Shown: positions 7,660 through 16,612, numbered from the stretch's first letter. The stretch is DNA of 25,954 bases from Promethearchaeota archaeon (GCA_048938025.1 JBHLMP010000048.1:1-25954), one strand, 5' to 3'. Notes: a model not told the origin generated them from the letters alone. A program made the numbers and translations.

Positions 7660-10600
7660 TCAGATAAAATTAAATTCTATTAAAATGCTGAAAATAGCGG
7701 GTATTCCCACTATAATTATGGCTGTAAAGATAATAATTAGTATATAAAATCTCCATTTGACTGAAATTTTTTCTCTTCTTTCCTTATAAATAACATAGGG
7801 GATTAAAATTATTCCCAATATCCAAATTGATATCCAAAAAGCAATTATGTACCAAATAGGACTAATAAACAGGAATAATATTGCGATTACTGTAATCCAT
7901 GAGGTAATTAGTTTTCTCATTCTATGTTTGAAAATCAAATCAACATCTTCTGTTTTTTCAGAAGGCAAAAATAAAGAAAGTAGACCAAAAAGTCCAAGTA
8001 TAACAAAACCAGAGTGATACCAATTTAAATAATTTAGTTGCAATGGAGATAAAAGAATGCCAATTAATACCGAAAGAGATAAACTAAACGAGACCCAAAT
8101 AATTTTATAATGTAATTTTAAAAAATTTAAAATCTTGATCCCAATATATTTTATAAATTCTTTTACTCGACTGAAAAAATGTATTAAAAAGTCTAAAAGT
8201 TTATTAAAAAATGTCTTTAGAACTTCAAGCATAAATATAAAGAGATAAAACGTAAGCATAATAGGAAAGAGAATAAAACTCGATAATGTTTGAGAGGTCG
8301 CAAAATAAATTATCAAACTTATCAGTAAAGAGATAAGACCTCCATAAGCAAAGGAAACGTTATGAGATCTCTTATGAGGCTTAATTAATCCAATATTAAA
8401 TATTGAAAAAGTTAAAAGCGAAATACAAATATTTAATGGGAGGGAAAGATTAAAGGAGAGATGTAACCAACTAAAAATATCAACTATTAATGTTATTAGA
8501 ATTATGAAGGAAGTAGCAAATCTAAGTTTTTTTAAGATTTTCTCTTCAAAAATGTGAGATAATTTCTCATCAATATAAGAGATGATTACTAAAACATAAA
8601 ACGAAATTAGGAATAGAGTAATATTAAGAGTTAAATTGAATCCTAAGAAAAATAAAGGCCAAATTATAAAATCTAAATATAATATGAGAAGCAAATTTTT
8701 TCTAATTTTATCTTTTTTTGAGCTCAGTTTCGGCAAAAATTCAAACAATTTAATTAAATAGATAAGTTCTGTGATAAGTAGCAAAATTAAAGGTGGAATA
8801 GAAGAAATCAAGATATCAGATAAGTAAGTTAGATATATCCACACTAAATAAAAATTTGAAAAGAATATAAATAATAGCCAAGAAATTCCTTTAAGGTATT
8901 TTGAAAGCTTTCCTAAAAGTTTTAATTGATAAGCATCAAGAATCATTAATCCATGGAGAAAAAGACTTGTTATAAGAATAAGTAAAGAAATTTCAACTCC
9001 GATTATAAGAAGAGATTGAATTAGAATTGATAGGACAGAAACATATAATAATATCCCTAAAGAGTGAAATATTTTAAGTTTATGGCGTTTAAAAGTTTCT
9101 TCTTTATTAGGATAAAAGTGGGATAAAGAAAGAAAAAGTGAATGATTCGTATAAAATTGCATAATTAAAAAGATAAAGACTTCTATACTAATTAGGAGGG
9201 GATTAAATTTTACAAACTGATTTAAGATAAGTAGAGTTGTTATGGAGAGTATGAAATAACTGATTGTGTGAACGAGTCTACCATAGCTTTCTCTTATTTT
9301 TTTTATAAAATAAATATCGAATGAAGTTAAAATAAATAAAGTTAATTGAGATAAAAGAATACTTTCGAAAAATCCTAAAAATTCAATTGCAAGTCCATAA
9401 ATCATTATACTCGTTTCAAGATATAATAAAAAGATAATTAAAGAATTACATTTTGTTAAAAAGTTTGGATACTTTTCTTTTATAAATAAAATGTCCATAA
9501 ACTTAACTGTAATAAATAACAAGCATGTTTCAATTAAAATGATAGAATAAACCGTGAAAAGGTTTAAAATATGGAATACTAAAAATATAACAACCCAATT
9601 TATAGCAAAAGTTATTTGAAAACCAGCTATTAATAGGAGTTTTAGAGTAATTTTTATCTTTTCTTTAGCTTTTCTAATGAAAAAACTAAATATAAATAGA
9701 AATAATATTGAATTTTGAATGAATAATAAAAGTGAGGGTATCCCACGCAATTCTTCAAAAATTAGCACTATTCCATTAGATATTAGAGAAGCAATGTAAA
9801 ATGATACCCATATAAATGAATTATAGAAAAGAATTAAATGTATCATTGATACCAAATTCTCATTTTTAATGTTAAAATATGAAATAAAGTAAGAATCAAT
9901 CAAATTTACAAGAGATATCGATAATATTAAAAAGAATTCATCTAAATGAAAGAAATAAAGAAAAATGCAAGAACTATTACAGAATACCACCCATGACCAA
10001 AACATTAATTTATTCCGATTAGCAACAAACAAGTAATAAAAGTAATGGTTATCAAGAATAAATAATTCAGTAAATAACATTCCGCTTAAGATTATTAAAA
10101 ATAAATAGAGAGAATTTGTTAGAGTAACATCTAATTTAAGCATTAATAAGAAGAGATTAAAAGCCGTTGCCAATGGGACAATTAAATATATAAAATAACT
10201 TATTTTATGTATATAAATTAATAGATTTTTAACTTTTAATTTAAGTTCTGATTTTATAATATATTTTATGCAAAATAATAGAAGAAAAGGTAGAATGATT
10301 AGAAGATTAAGAATCTGATAAATTAATAGTAAATCTCTGAATAATAGTGGTCTGTATATGTTTACACCAAATACTGATATGAGTATCGAAAAATAAAGTG
10401 AAATTATTATAAAGCAAATTAGGTTTTGTAATTTAATTTGATTCTTATCTTTAAAAAAATATGATAAAGTATTCTCTCCTTTTATCTTAGCTTCTTCATA
10501 GTAAGAATTTGAAATGTTCATTACAATTGTGTATATTATTAAATAATCAATCATAAATATTAAAATTGCTAAAAAGATGGAAGATTGAATAAAATCAATC

Positions 10601-13600
10601 ATTAGGAATAATTCCTGAAAGAGAAATGTCAACGGTAAGGGAAACAAATACCATAAATATAATCTATAATTGCCTAAAGAAGGATAAACAAATAACAAAG
10701 AACTCAATATAAAAATGCTAGCTATAAAAAATGGATTTTCTGGTAGAAAAATGGCTAGAAAAGAAGAAATAGCAGAAGAAATACCAAAGGATACCGCTAA
10801 AAAGGGAATTATTTTGGGAATACGAATTTTCATTTTATAGTAATTAAAAACATAAAAAGAAGCACCCCAAACAGCAATAGCTAGAAATATAGCAAAAAAT
10901 AGTAGATTAGGGATCAAATTTAATGAATTAAAAGTTAACCATGAAATACTAAAGATAAGAATCCAAGAAGATATTATGTCTATTAATCTTTTGATTGGCT
11001 TAATATATTTAGACGAAAATAGACTAAATCCTACAAATATAAAAGTCATATTTAAAGCTAAAATTGGATCTAAAATTACATGAAATAATATAAAATAAAT
11101 TGTTAGAAAAATCCCAATTATCGCTGTTACATAAGACCCTATGATAATGAGATTTCTTATTGATTTAAAAACAGGAAAAAATGATAAAATTAAAACTAAC
11201 ATTGCAATGGCGAAAATATCAATTGAAATCGCAATGTCTAAAGGGATTTCTAATGATAATAGAAAGAAAATTAAAAAATTTGCATTAATCGCTATAAGGA
11301 TTAGCCATACTAACGAGATTGTTTTCCAAAATTTTAATTTATAGAAAAGGGGCGCTAATAAAACAGCTGCAAAAAGAGCAAATACCAAATATCTTAATAA
11401 GAAATTAGTCAGAAATAGATTTTGACTGATCCAATAAAGTAAAGCTAGGTTTATGCCCCAAATAATAAGTAAAATTTGATAGAAATATATCTTAATTTTT
11501 GTATATGCAATAGGTAGGAAAAATAGAAAAAATATCACAGTAGTGAGAAGAAATGATCCATTTATTTCATATCCAAAAAAATCAATCGCATTTGTAGCTA
11601 TATCGACACCTTTAAGGCTTCGATATAAGAGATAAAAATTAGCAAAAGGTACAATAAACCAAGCATACCATCCTGACCTCCAAATTGCCCATGAAAATTT
11701 CCATTGATAAATTCCAATAGATAAATAGAAAAGAAAAATTCCAACATCTATAGCTACGATTAATGGAAATGGATCTCCAAATGGTATGGAAAAAGATAAA
11801 CTAATAAAAAAATACAAGAAAATAGGAAAACTGATAACGATACATGGTAAAACTATAAAGAAAGAAATTCTTCTTAAAGGCATTCGTGATTTATAAAATA
11901 ATAAAACATAAGCTAATCCAGTAAGACTTAATGTTAGTGTAGCCGTAAGAATGAAATTAGATTGACTATAAATAGGATTATTAAAAAGCCAGGAATAAGA
12001 TATAAAGCTTAAAATGTCAGTAATAAACAGAACTACAGTGAGTCTTTTAATAAAGAATCGATATTCTTCAGAAACTAATTCAAATTTCTCGAAATAAGAA
12101 AAAGTAATAGGGGATAATAGTGAAATAATTAGAATGAAAGTAATTATTAGATTAAAAACTGAAAACTGAACTAATGATAAATAATAGGTAAGAATAAAGG
12201 ATATAAAAAAGCAGAGAGTAACTTTAGCAACTATCCACGATACAAATTCAATATTCCTCTGCAATTTAGGAAATTCGGCTTTTATTAAAGCGCTGCTAAA
12301 CTTAAATAATATAAATACAGTCAGGAAAAAGAAACCAAGATACCAAAACACATTGAAAGATTGCATCTCTGTTGGTAAATATTTTAAAACTTGACTAAAT
12401 TGAATTAAAGAAAAAATTACTAATGATGGAGAACAAATTAGACCATAATATAAAATATCTTTTAGATATCTTAGAAAAGTTAATTCCTTTGAATAAAGGT
12501 GAAGTAATTTTAAAGTGTAAATATTTATAATAAAGAAAGTTAAAATAGCACAATTTATTATTAAAAGCCTTATTGTAAGAAGAGATTGTGCTAAACCTAA
12601 TATTATAAGCTCAAATGATATAAGAAAAGAGAAGATTAACCAAACGAAGATCTGAAGAACTCTTAAAACTTTGATGTAGGGTTCTTTTATTTTAAAATTT
12701 TCAGCCATTAATTCAAAGATGCTTAAAATAAGAAACAAAATAAAGATGGTAATAATTAAGATGAGAATATAATCAACGCTTAAACCCATTAGTTCTATTT
12801 GTAAGCCTAATAGAGTTGGAACACATAATATTATTCCAGATAATAATATACTATTACAAATTAAGCTTTTCTTCCCTATAGGTTCCGTTAGAAGTCCTTT
12901 TTTGTATGCGTAAATACTAGGTAGGAAGAAATATATAGATGCTATCATTAATGGCAATAAAAATCTAAATAGAGTCTCATAGAAAATTATAAAGAAATAA
13001 AAAAATACTGTTGTTCCAGTTAAAAGAAAAGCAATCAAAACTGCAACTATTGAAATAATTCTCTTAAGATTTTCTCTTACTTTGAAGTTTATAATGATTA
13101 AAATTCCAAAAAGAGTATAAAGAGTAAAATTGATATCCGTGATAACTGTGATAATATCAATAGGTAATCCTAGATTAATTAATTCTAAATAAATGAATGT
13201 TGGAATACAACATATTAATCCGGATAATAGTAAACCGTTATAAGTTAAAATTTTTATCCCAATAGATTCCTTTATATACTTTTTTCTATAAGAGTACGTG
13301 CTCGGTATGAAGAAGTAAGAGGATGCTATTATTAAAGGGAATAAAAATCTAAATAGAGTCTCATAGAAAATTATAAAGAAGTAAAAAAATACTGTTGTTC
13401 CAGTCAAAAGAAAAGCAATTAAAACTGCAACTATTGAAAGAATTCTTTTAAGATTTTCTCTTATTTTAATCCTGTAAATAAGAAGAATTCCAAATAGAAT
13501 ATAAAGAGTGAAATTGATAACATTAAATACTGTGATAATATTAACTCGATATTCTAGATTAATTAATTCTAAATAAATGAATGTTGGAATGAGAGTTAGA

Positions 13601-15897
13601 AATACAGATAAAATTATACCATTATATACTAATGCTGTTCTTGTTAATTTTAGCGCCTTTTCTTTCTTCAATGAATACATTATTGGAAGATATAAATATG
13701 AGCACGTAATTATTACGGGAAATGTAAATAGATAAAAGGTTCCTAAATTCAAAGATAGCAGCCATAAATAGTAAAATAAATAAATTGAGCTGAGAAACAG
13801 GGTTATTATATTAACATTAATAGATGTAGCTTTTGTAAATAGGATTTCAAATGCAGAAATGACATTTATTAGAGCACATGTAATAATTAAGGTAAGAAAT
13901 GACGAAAGAATTAAATTGTCGATTAAAAGAAGAAATTGAAAGGAAGCATAAAATATAGAGAAAATTAAAGCTAAAAGTAACAAAAATATTGGGTAAGATA
14001 AAACACTCATAACCTTTTTATAGGTTTCTTCTTTTACTTTTGCTATTTTTACCCCAAATTTCAAATTGAAATTAATAAGAATTAATAAAAGCAGGAAATT
14101 GAAAATCATCATAATATAGTTTGGGAAGAATGTAATGAGTATAGATAGAAAAATAATTACTATTAATGACCAAAAAGAATAATAAATTGATGCTAAAAGC
14201 GTCTTTAAGTTAATCATACCAATTAAATAATTCAATGACACAAAAAGCATAAATATTAACGGAAATAAAATAGTAGAAATGGTTAAAAGCTTAATGAAAA
14301 GGTTAAAACTCACTGTGAAGTAGGTATTCAAATTGATGAGAATAAAGATAATTAATTCTATCAGAAATAAATTCATTAGTACGCATATTTTGAATGTTTT
14401 TGAGTATTTTTCTTTGAAGAAAATTGCATATAATCTGTAAAATGAAAGTAATAAAACAACAAAGAAAAGAATTAGAATTATAAAAATATTAGAGATAAAC
14501 GTTAGATAAGGATCTGTAGTAATATAAACATAGTTAAGAATGATCAAGAAAAAAACAATTATTGCAAGAATATTTTGAGTTATTAGGATATTTCCTTTTT
14601 TAAAATAATCAACCCTTCTAAATAATTCTAACATGAAATAAAAGGAAATGGAAAAAATAATTAATTGAATATTGAAATTAATAAGATCTGAAATAGAAGG
14701 TAAGATTCCAAAAGAGATAGAAGCTAAACACGCAAGAGAATATAATAAAATTATAAAATTATTGTACTTTTTAAAGGAGTAATTTGATTTATGCTCATAA
14801 TGAGTAAAAATAAAAAAAAATGGAAGAATAATTAGCGTAATATAAGGTAACTCTATAAGAAAAGTGTATAAAGTTATTAATAATATTAAAATTCCTGTTA
14901 ATATCGAACTTAATTTTTGATATTTCACTTTTGTATCTATATTTTCTTCTTTAGGGTTTTTTGATATTTCGGGGTTTTTGTATAACTCGAATAAAGATTC
15001 AAAATTCAAGTAGATATAGAGTATAGTTTTAAGAAGGAGTAAGAGGAATAAAAAACTTAGAAACGCATCATCTATAAGAACACTAATTGAAAATTGACCT
15101 CTCTGAATTAAAAATACCAATGATATGATTGGTAATTGAATCAAAAGAACAAAAACAAAACTAGCTAAGGATATAACAAATTTACGCTTGAATATTGTTA
15201 GAGTTTTTAAGAATGGTTTGTTTTCTTCGATAGATTTTTTGATTTCATTCTGTTGATTACTTACAGACGCTAAAATAATCAAATAAAAAATTACATTATT
15301 GATAAGCCCAAAAAGCCATGCAAAATTAGTTGAAGTTATAAAAGATAGATATAATATTTGAATAAAGTAATTTATGACAATAACAATATTATAGGGTTGT
15401 TTTAACATCAATTTTAAACTAATAGCATGCTTAAACTCTCCTTCGCTTATATTGAAAAAATCGATAGGTTGAAAGTAGTAGTAATAATACACAATATTAT
15501 ATAAAAGAGAAAAAGAGATCAACGGAAGATATATAAACGACCAATGTTCGGGTGTAATAAGAACAAAAATTGGGGTTACAACATATGAAAATATGGATAT
15601 TAAAAATATGATATGTACCCTGGCAATTGGGTTATTGGATTTATTATAAAAGAAAGGATTATTTCGGTATTTGTCAAAACTTTTATAAAAAAAGAGGAAA
15701 GCAAAAGTAAAAATTATTACAGAAATAGTAAATGCTATATATGAAGCCCAAGGAAACTGTACCAATATCCAGAATCCAGCTAAAGAAATAGCAAAGGGTG
15801 CAATTATTAAGAAAAAGCAAAATCTAAATAATTTTGTAAGGAATTCGGTTACTTTCTTAATTTTTTCTTCAGAATTTTCGGGGTTTTCAGATTTCAT
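7660..15897 (-). CDS. Giant (2745 aa) polytopic membrane protein of unknown function
   Basis: Uninterrupted 8.2-kb ORF in very AT-rich DNA (e.g. 9 G+C in 60 nt at 9661-9720). Continuous I/L/F-rich hydrophobic segments separated by short Lys-rich loops; no recognisable soluble domain or enzyme motif. Synonymous-biased differences between internal repeats support coding. Confidence 0.9.
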   Translation of the reverse strand: MKSENPENSEEKIKKVTEFLTKLFRFCFFLIIAPFAISLAGFWILVQFPWASYIAFTISVIIFTFAFLFFYKSFDKYRNNPFFYNKSNNPIARVHIIFLISIFSYVVTPIFVLITPEHWSFIYLPLISFSLLYNIVYYYYYFQPIDFFNISEGEFKHAISLKLMLKQPYNIVIVINYFIQILYLSFITSTNFAWLFGLINNVIFYLIILASVSNQQNEIKKSIEENKPFLKTLTIFKRKFVISLASFVFVLLIQLPIISLVFLIQRGQFSISVLIDDAFLSFLFLLLLLKTILYIYLNFESLFELYKNPEISKNPKEENIDTKVKYQKLSSILTGILILLITLYTFLIELPYITLIILPFFFIFTHYEHKSNYSFKKYNNFIILLYSLACLASISFGILPSISDLINFNIQLIIFSISFYFMLELFRRVDYFKKGNILITQNILAIIVFFLIILNYVYITTDPYLTFISNIFIILILFFVVLLLSFYRLYAIFFKEKYSKTFKICVLMNLFLIELIIFILINLNTYFTVSFNLFIKLLTISTILFPLIFMLFVSLNYLIGMINLKTLLASIYYSFWSLIVIIFLSILITFFPNYIMMIFNFLLLLILINFNLKFGVKIAKVKEETYKKVMSVLSYPIFLLLLALIFSIFYASFQFLLLIDNLILSSFLTLIITCALINVISAFEILFTKATSINVNIITLFLSSIYLFYYLWLLSLNLGTFYLFTFPVIITCSYLYLPIMYSLKKEKALKLTRTALVYNGIILSVFLTLIPTFIYLELINLEYRVNIITVFNVINFTLYILFGILLIYRIKIRENLKRILSIVAVLIAFLLTGTTVFFYFFIIFYETLFRFLFPLIIASSYFFIPSTYSYRKKYIKESIGIKILTYNGLLLSGLICCIPTFIYLELINLGLPIDIITVITDINFTLYTLFGILIIINFKVRENLKRIISIVAVLIAFLLTGTTVFFYFFIIFYETLFRFLLPLMIASIYFFLPSIYAYKKGLLTEPIGKKSLICNSILLSGIILCVPTLLGLQIELMGLSVDYILILIITIFILFLILSIFELMAENFKIKEPYIKVLRVLQIFVWLIFSFLISFELIILGLAQSLLTIRLLIINCAILTFFIINIYTLKLLHLYSKELTFLRYLKDILYYGLICSPSLVIFSLIQFSQVLKYLPTEMQSFNVFWYLGFFFLTVFILFKFSSALIKAEFPKLQRNIEFVSWIVAKVTLCFFISFILTYYLSLVQFSVFNLIITFILIISLLSPITFSYFEKFELVSEEYRFFIKRLTVVLFITDILSFISYSWLFNNPIYSQSNFILTATLTLSLTGLAYVLLFYKSRMPLRRISFFIVLPCIVISFPIFLYFFISLSFSIPFGDPFPLIVAIDVGIFLFYLSIGIYQWKFSWAIWRSGWYAWFIVPFANFYLLYRSLKGVDIATNAIDFFGYEINGSFLLTTVIFFLFFLPIAYTKIKIYFYQILLIIWGINLALLYWISQNLFLTNFLLRYLVFALFAAVLLAPLFYKLKFWKTISLVWLILIAINANFLIFFLLSLEIPLDIAISIDIFAIAMLVLILSFFPVFKSIRNLIIIGSYVTAIIGIFLTIYFILFHVILDPILALNMTFIFVGFSLFSSKYIKPIKRLIDIISSWILIFSISWLTFNSLNLIPNLLFFAIFLAIAVWGASFYVFNYYKMKIRIPKIIPFLAVSFGISSAISSFLAIFLPENPFFIASIFILSSLLFVYPSLGNYRLYLWYLFPLPLTFLFQELFLMIDFIQSSIFLAILIFMIDYLIIYTIVMNISNSYYEEAKIKGENTLSYFFKDKNQIKLQNLICFIIISLYFSILISVFGVNIYRPLLFRDLLLIYQILNLLIILPFLLLFCIKYIIKSELKLKVKNLLIYIHKISYFIYLIVPLATAFNLFLLMLKLDVTLTNSLYLFLIILSGMLFTELFILDNHYFYYLFVANRNKLMFWSWVVFCNSSCIFLYFFHLDEFFLILSISLVNLIDSYFISYFNIKNENLVSMIHLILFYNSFIWVSFYIASLISNGIVLIFEELRGIPSLLLFIQNSILFLFIFSFFIRKAKEKIKITLKLLLIAGFQITFAINWVVIFLVFHILNLFTVYSIILIETCLLFITVKFMDILFIKEKYPNFLTKCNSLIIFLLYLETSIMIYGLAIEFLGFFESILLSQLTLFILTSFDIYFIKKIRESYGRLVHTISYFILSITTLLILNQFVKFNPLLISIEVFIFLIMQFYTNHSLFLSLSHFYPNKEETFKRHKLKIFHSLGILLYVSVLSILIQSLLIIGVEISLLILITSLFLHGLMILDAYQLKLLGKLSKYLKGISWLLFIFFSNFYLVWIYLTYLSDILISSIPPLILLLITELIYLIKLFEFLPKLSSKKDKIRKNLLLILYLDFIIWPLFFLGFNLTLNITLFLISFYVLVIISYIDEKLSHIFEEKILKKLRFATSFIILITLIVDIFSWLHLSFNLSLPLNICISLLTFSIFNIGLIKPHKRSHNVSFAYGGLISLLISLIIYFATSQTLSSFILFPIMLTFYLFIFMLEVLKTFFNKLLDFLIHFFSRVKEFIKYIGIKILNFLKLHYKIIWVSFSLSLSVLIGILLSPLQLNYLNWYHSGFVILGLFGLLSLFLPSEKTEDVDLIFKHRMRKLITSWITVIAILFLFISPIWYIIAFWISIWILGIILIPYVIYKERREKISVKWRFYILIIIFTAIIIVGIPAIFSILIEFNFI
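12700..13720 (-). repeat. Intragenic tandem repeat, period 384 bp (128 aa, about 4 TM helices), ~2.5 copies
   Basis: 12961-13079 vs 13345-13463 differ at 5 of 119 nt; 13170-13206 is identical to 13554-13590 (37/37). Protein registers IPTFIYLELINL / IPTFIYLELINL / VPTLLGLQIELM start at 13590, 13206, 12822. Confidence 0.95.
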
Positions 15898-15988
15898 ATC
15901 TCAACATGATTAAAAATATTATCTTGAGTATAAAGGAAATATTATTTAAAAAAGATATCATATAATTTTCCACCATTATTTCAATAAT

Positions 15989-16061
15989 AACTAGTAAAAG
16001 TTAAAAAAATAGTAGTAAAACATATATTTTAGTGGTAAAAATTTGCGAATTACAAGTAAAA
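15989..16061. promoter_or_regulatory. Four phased direct repeats (GTAAAA core), spacing 21/20/21 bp; candidate protein-binding array
   Basis: AACTAGTAAAA, TAGTAGTAAAA, TAGTGGTAAAA, TACAAGTAAAA with GTAAAA starting at 15994, 16015, 16035, 16056. Confidence 0.5.
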
Positions 16062-16136
16062 TTATAAGAGTTAATTTATACTACTTTTTTGTACAATTCA
16101 TGATATTGGAGAGAGATGGGAAATAAATGGGTAAAG

Positions 16137-16144
16137 TTTATAAA
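16137..16144 (+). promoter_or_regulatory. Candidate TATA box (TTTATAAA) for the structured leader / small ORF
   Basis: Matches the archaeal TATA consensus with purine-rich BRE-like GGGTAAAG immediately upstream; predicts a start just 5' of the structured region. AT-rich background lowers specificity. Confidence 0.4.
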
Positions 16145-16172
16145 GGTATTTTTTTTATCTTTTTTAATAATG

Positions 16173-16381
16173 AGCTTTTCAAATAATACTACGACACATT
16201 GGTGTAGATTACATTTAGGTGTAGTCCCGGTATTCATCCGTAGTATTATTAAGAGAGAATAAATCAAATCTCTTGACCTATTTCTTATAATTTTTATTGG
16301 TTTATTCTCTTAACACATAATAACTAGGTAAAATTTATTCGAAAAAGGTCAAGCCCTGATTTCATTCTCCTAGTGAAAGCT
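16173..16381 (+). ncRNA. Candidate structured RNA / cis-regulatory 5' leader (unknown family)
   Basis: Perfect 12-bp inverted repeat 16182-16193/16239-16250 enclosing three hairpins; 14-bp stem 16254-16267/16297-16310; 16272-16284/16341-16353; 16323-16328/16369-16374; end-to-end pairing 16173-16181/16374-16381. Mismatches are mostly G-U on the + strand. Confidence 0.55.
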
Positions 16382-16408
16382 AAATCAAAAAAAGGAGGTG
16401 AAAAATGG

Positions 16409-16594
16409 TTGGAAAATAAGTTAAGCAAAAAAGATCCTTATATGATACTTGATTACTATAAAGATTGGGATTCTGATAAAACTCCAGTTATGATGGTTTT
16501 AGATAACTTCGATGATAATTCTGAGAAAATAGAATCTGAAGATGAGAGAAGACTAGCTTATCTTTGGAAAAAGTATCAAAAATCTTCTAAATAA
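16409..16594 (+). CDS. Small charged hypothetical protein (61 aa)
   Basis: Strong SD GGAGGTG at 16394-16400, in-frame TTG 8 nt later (MENKLSKKDPYMILDYYKDWDSDKTP...RRLAYLWKKYQKSSK), T11 tract just after the stop. The track's GTG start at 16373 lies upstream of the SD and is less likely. Confidence 0.7.
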   Translation: MENKLSKKDPYMILDYYKDWDSDKTPVMMVLDNFDDNSEKIESEDERRLAYLWKKYQKSSK

Positions 16595-16601
16595 AAATTT
16601 A

Positions 16602-16612
16602 TTTTTTTTTTT
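16602..16612 (+). terminator. Oligo-T (T11) putative terminator
   Basis: T11 run 7 nt after the small ORF stop, between convergent genes. Confidence 0.55.

Noticed and set aside
5847-11344. ORF-track entries 5847..6047(+), 6697..6912(-), 11141..11344(+)
   Set aside because: Fully nested in longer, better-supported CDSs and without motifs.
7660-15897. Calling the giant protein a Piezo homologue
   Set aside because: Only size and 4-TM modularity are analogous; no PFEW-like motif, extracellular cap domain or large cytoplasmic regions are visible.
15989-16061. CRISPR array or replication origin
   Set aside because: Repeats are about 11 bp with about 10-bp gaps, far too short for CRISPR; no cas or cdc6/orc1 gene and no ORB-like G-string.
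16076-16267. 63-aa minus-strand ORF
   Set aside because: Non-ATG start, no SD, no protein-like features; it overlaps the + strand structured element.
16182-16381. Canonical tRNA, SRP (7S) RNA, SECIS or hammerhead ribozyme
   Set aside because: No 7-nt anticodon loop, TTCGA or CCA. TGTAGTCCC recalls the SRP Alu motif, but there is no helix-8 GNRA/AGCAG motif and GC is too low. No in-frame UGA selenoprotein nearby. No CUGAUGA core.
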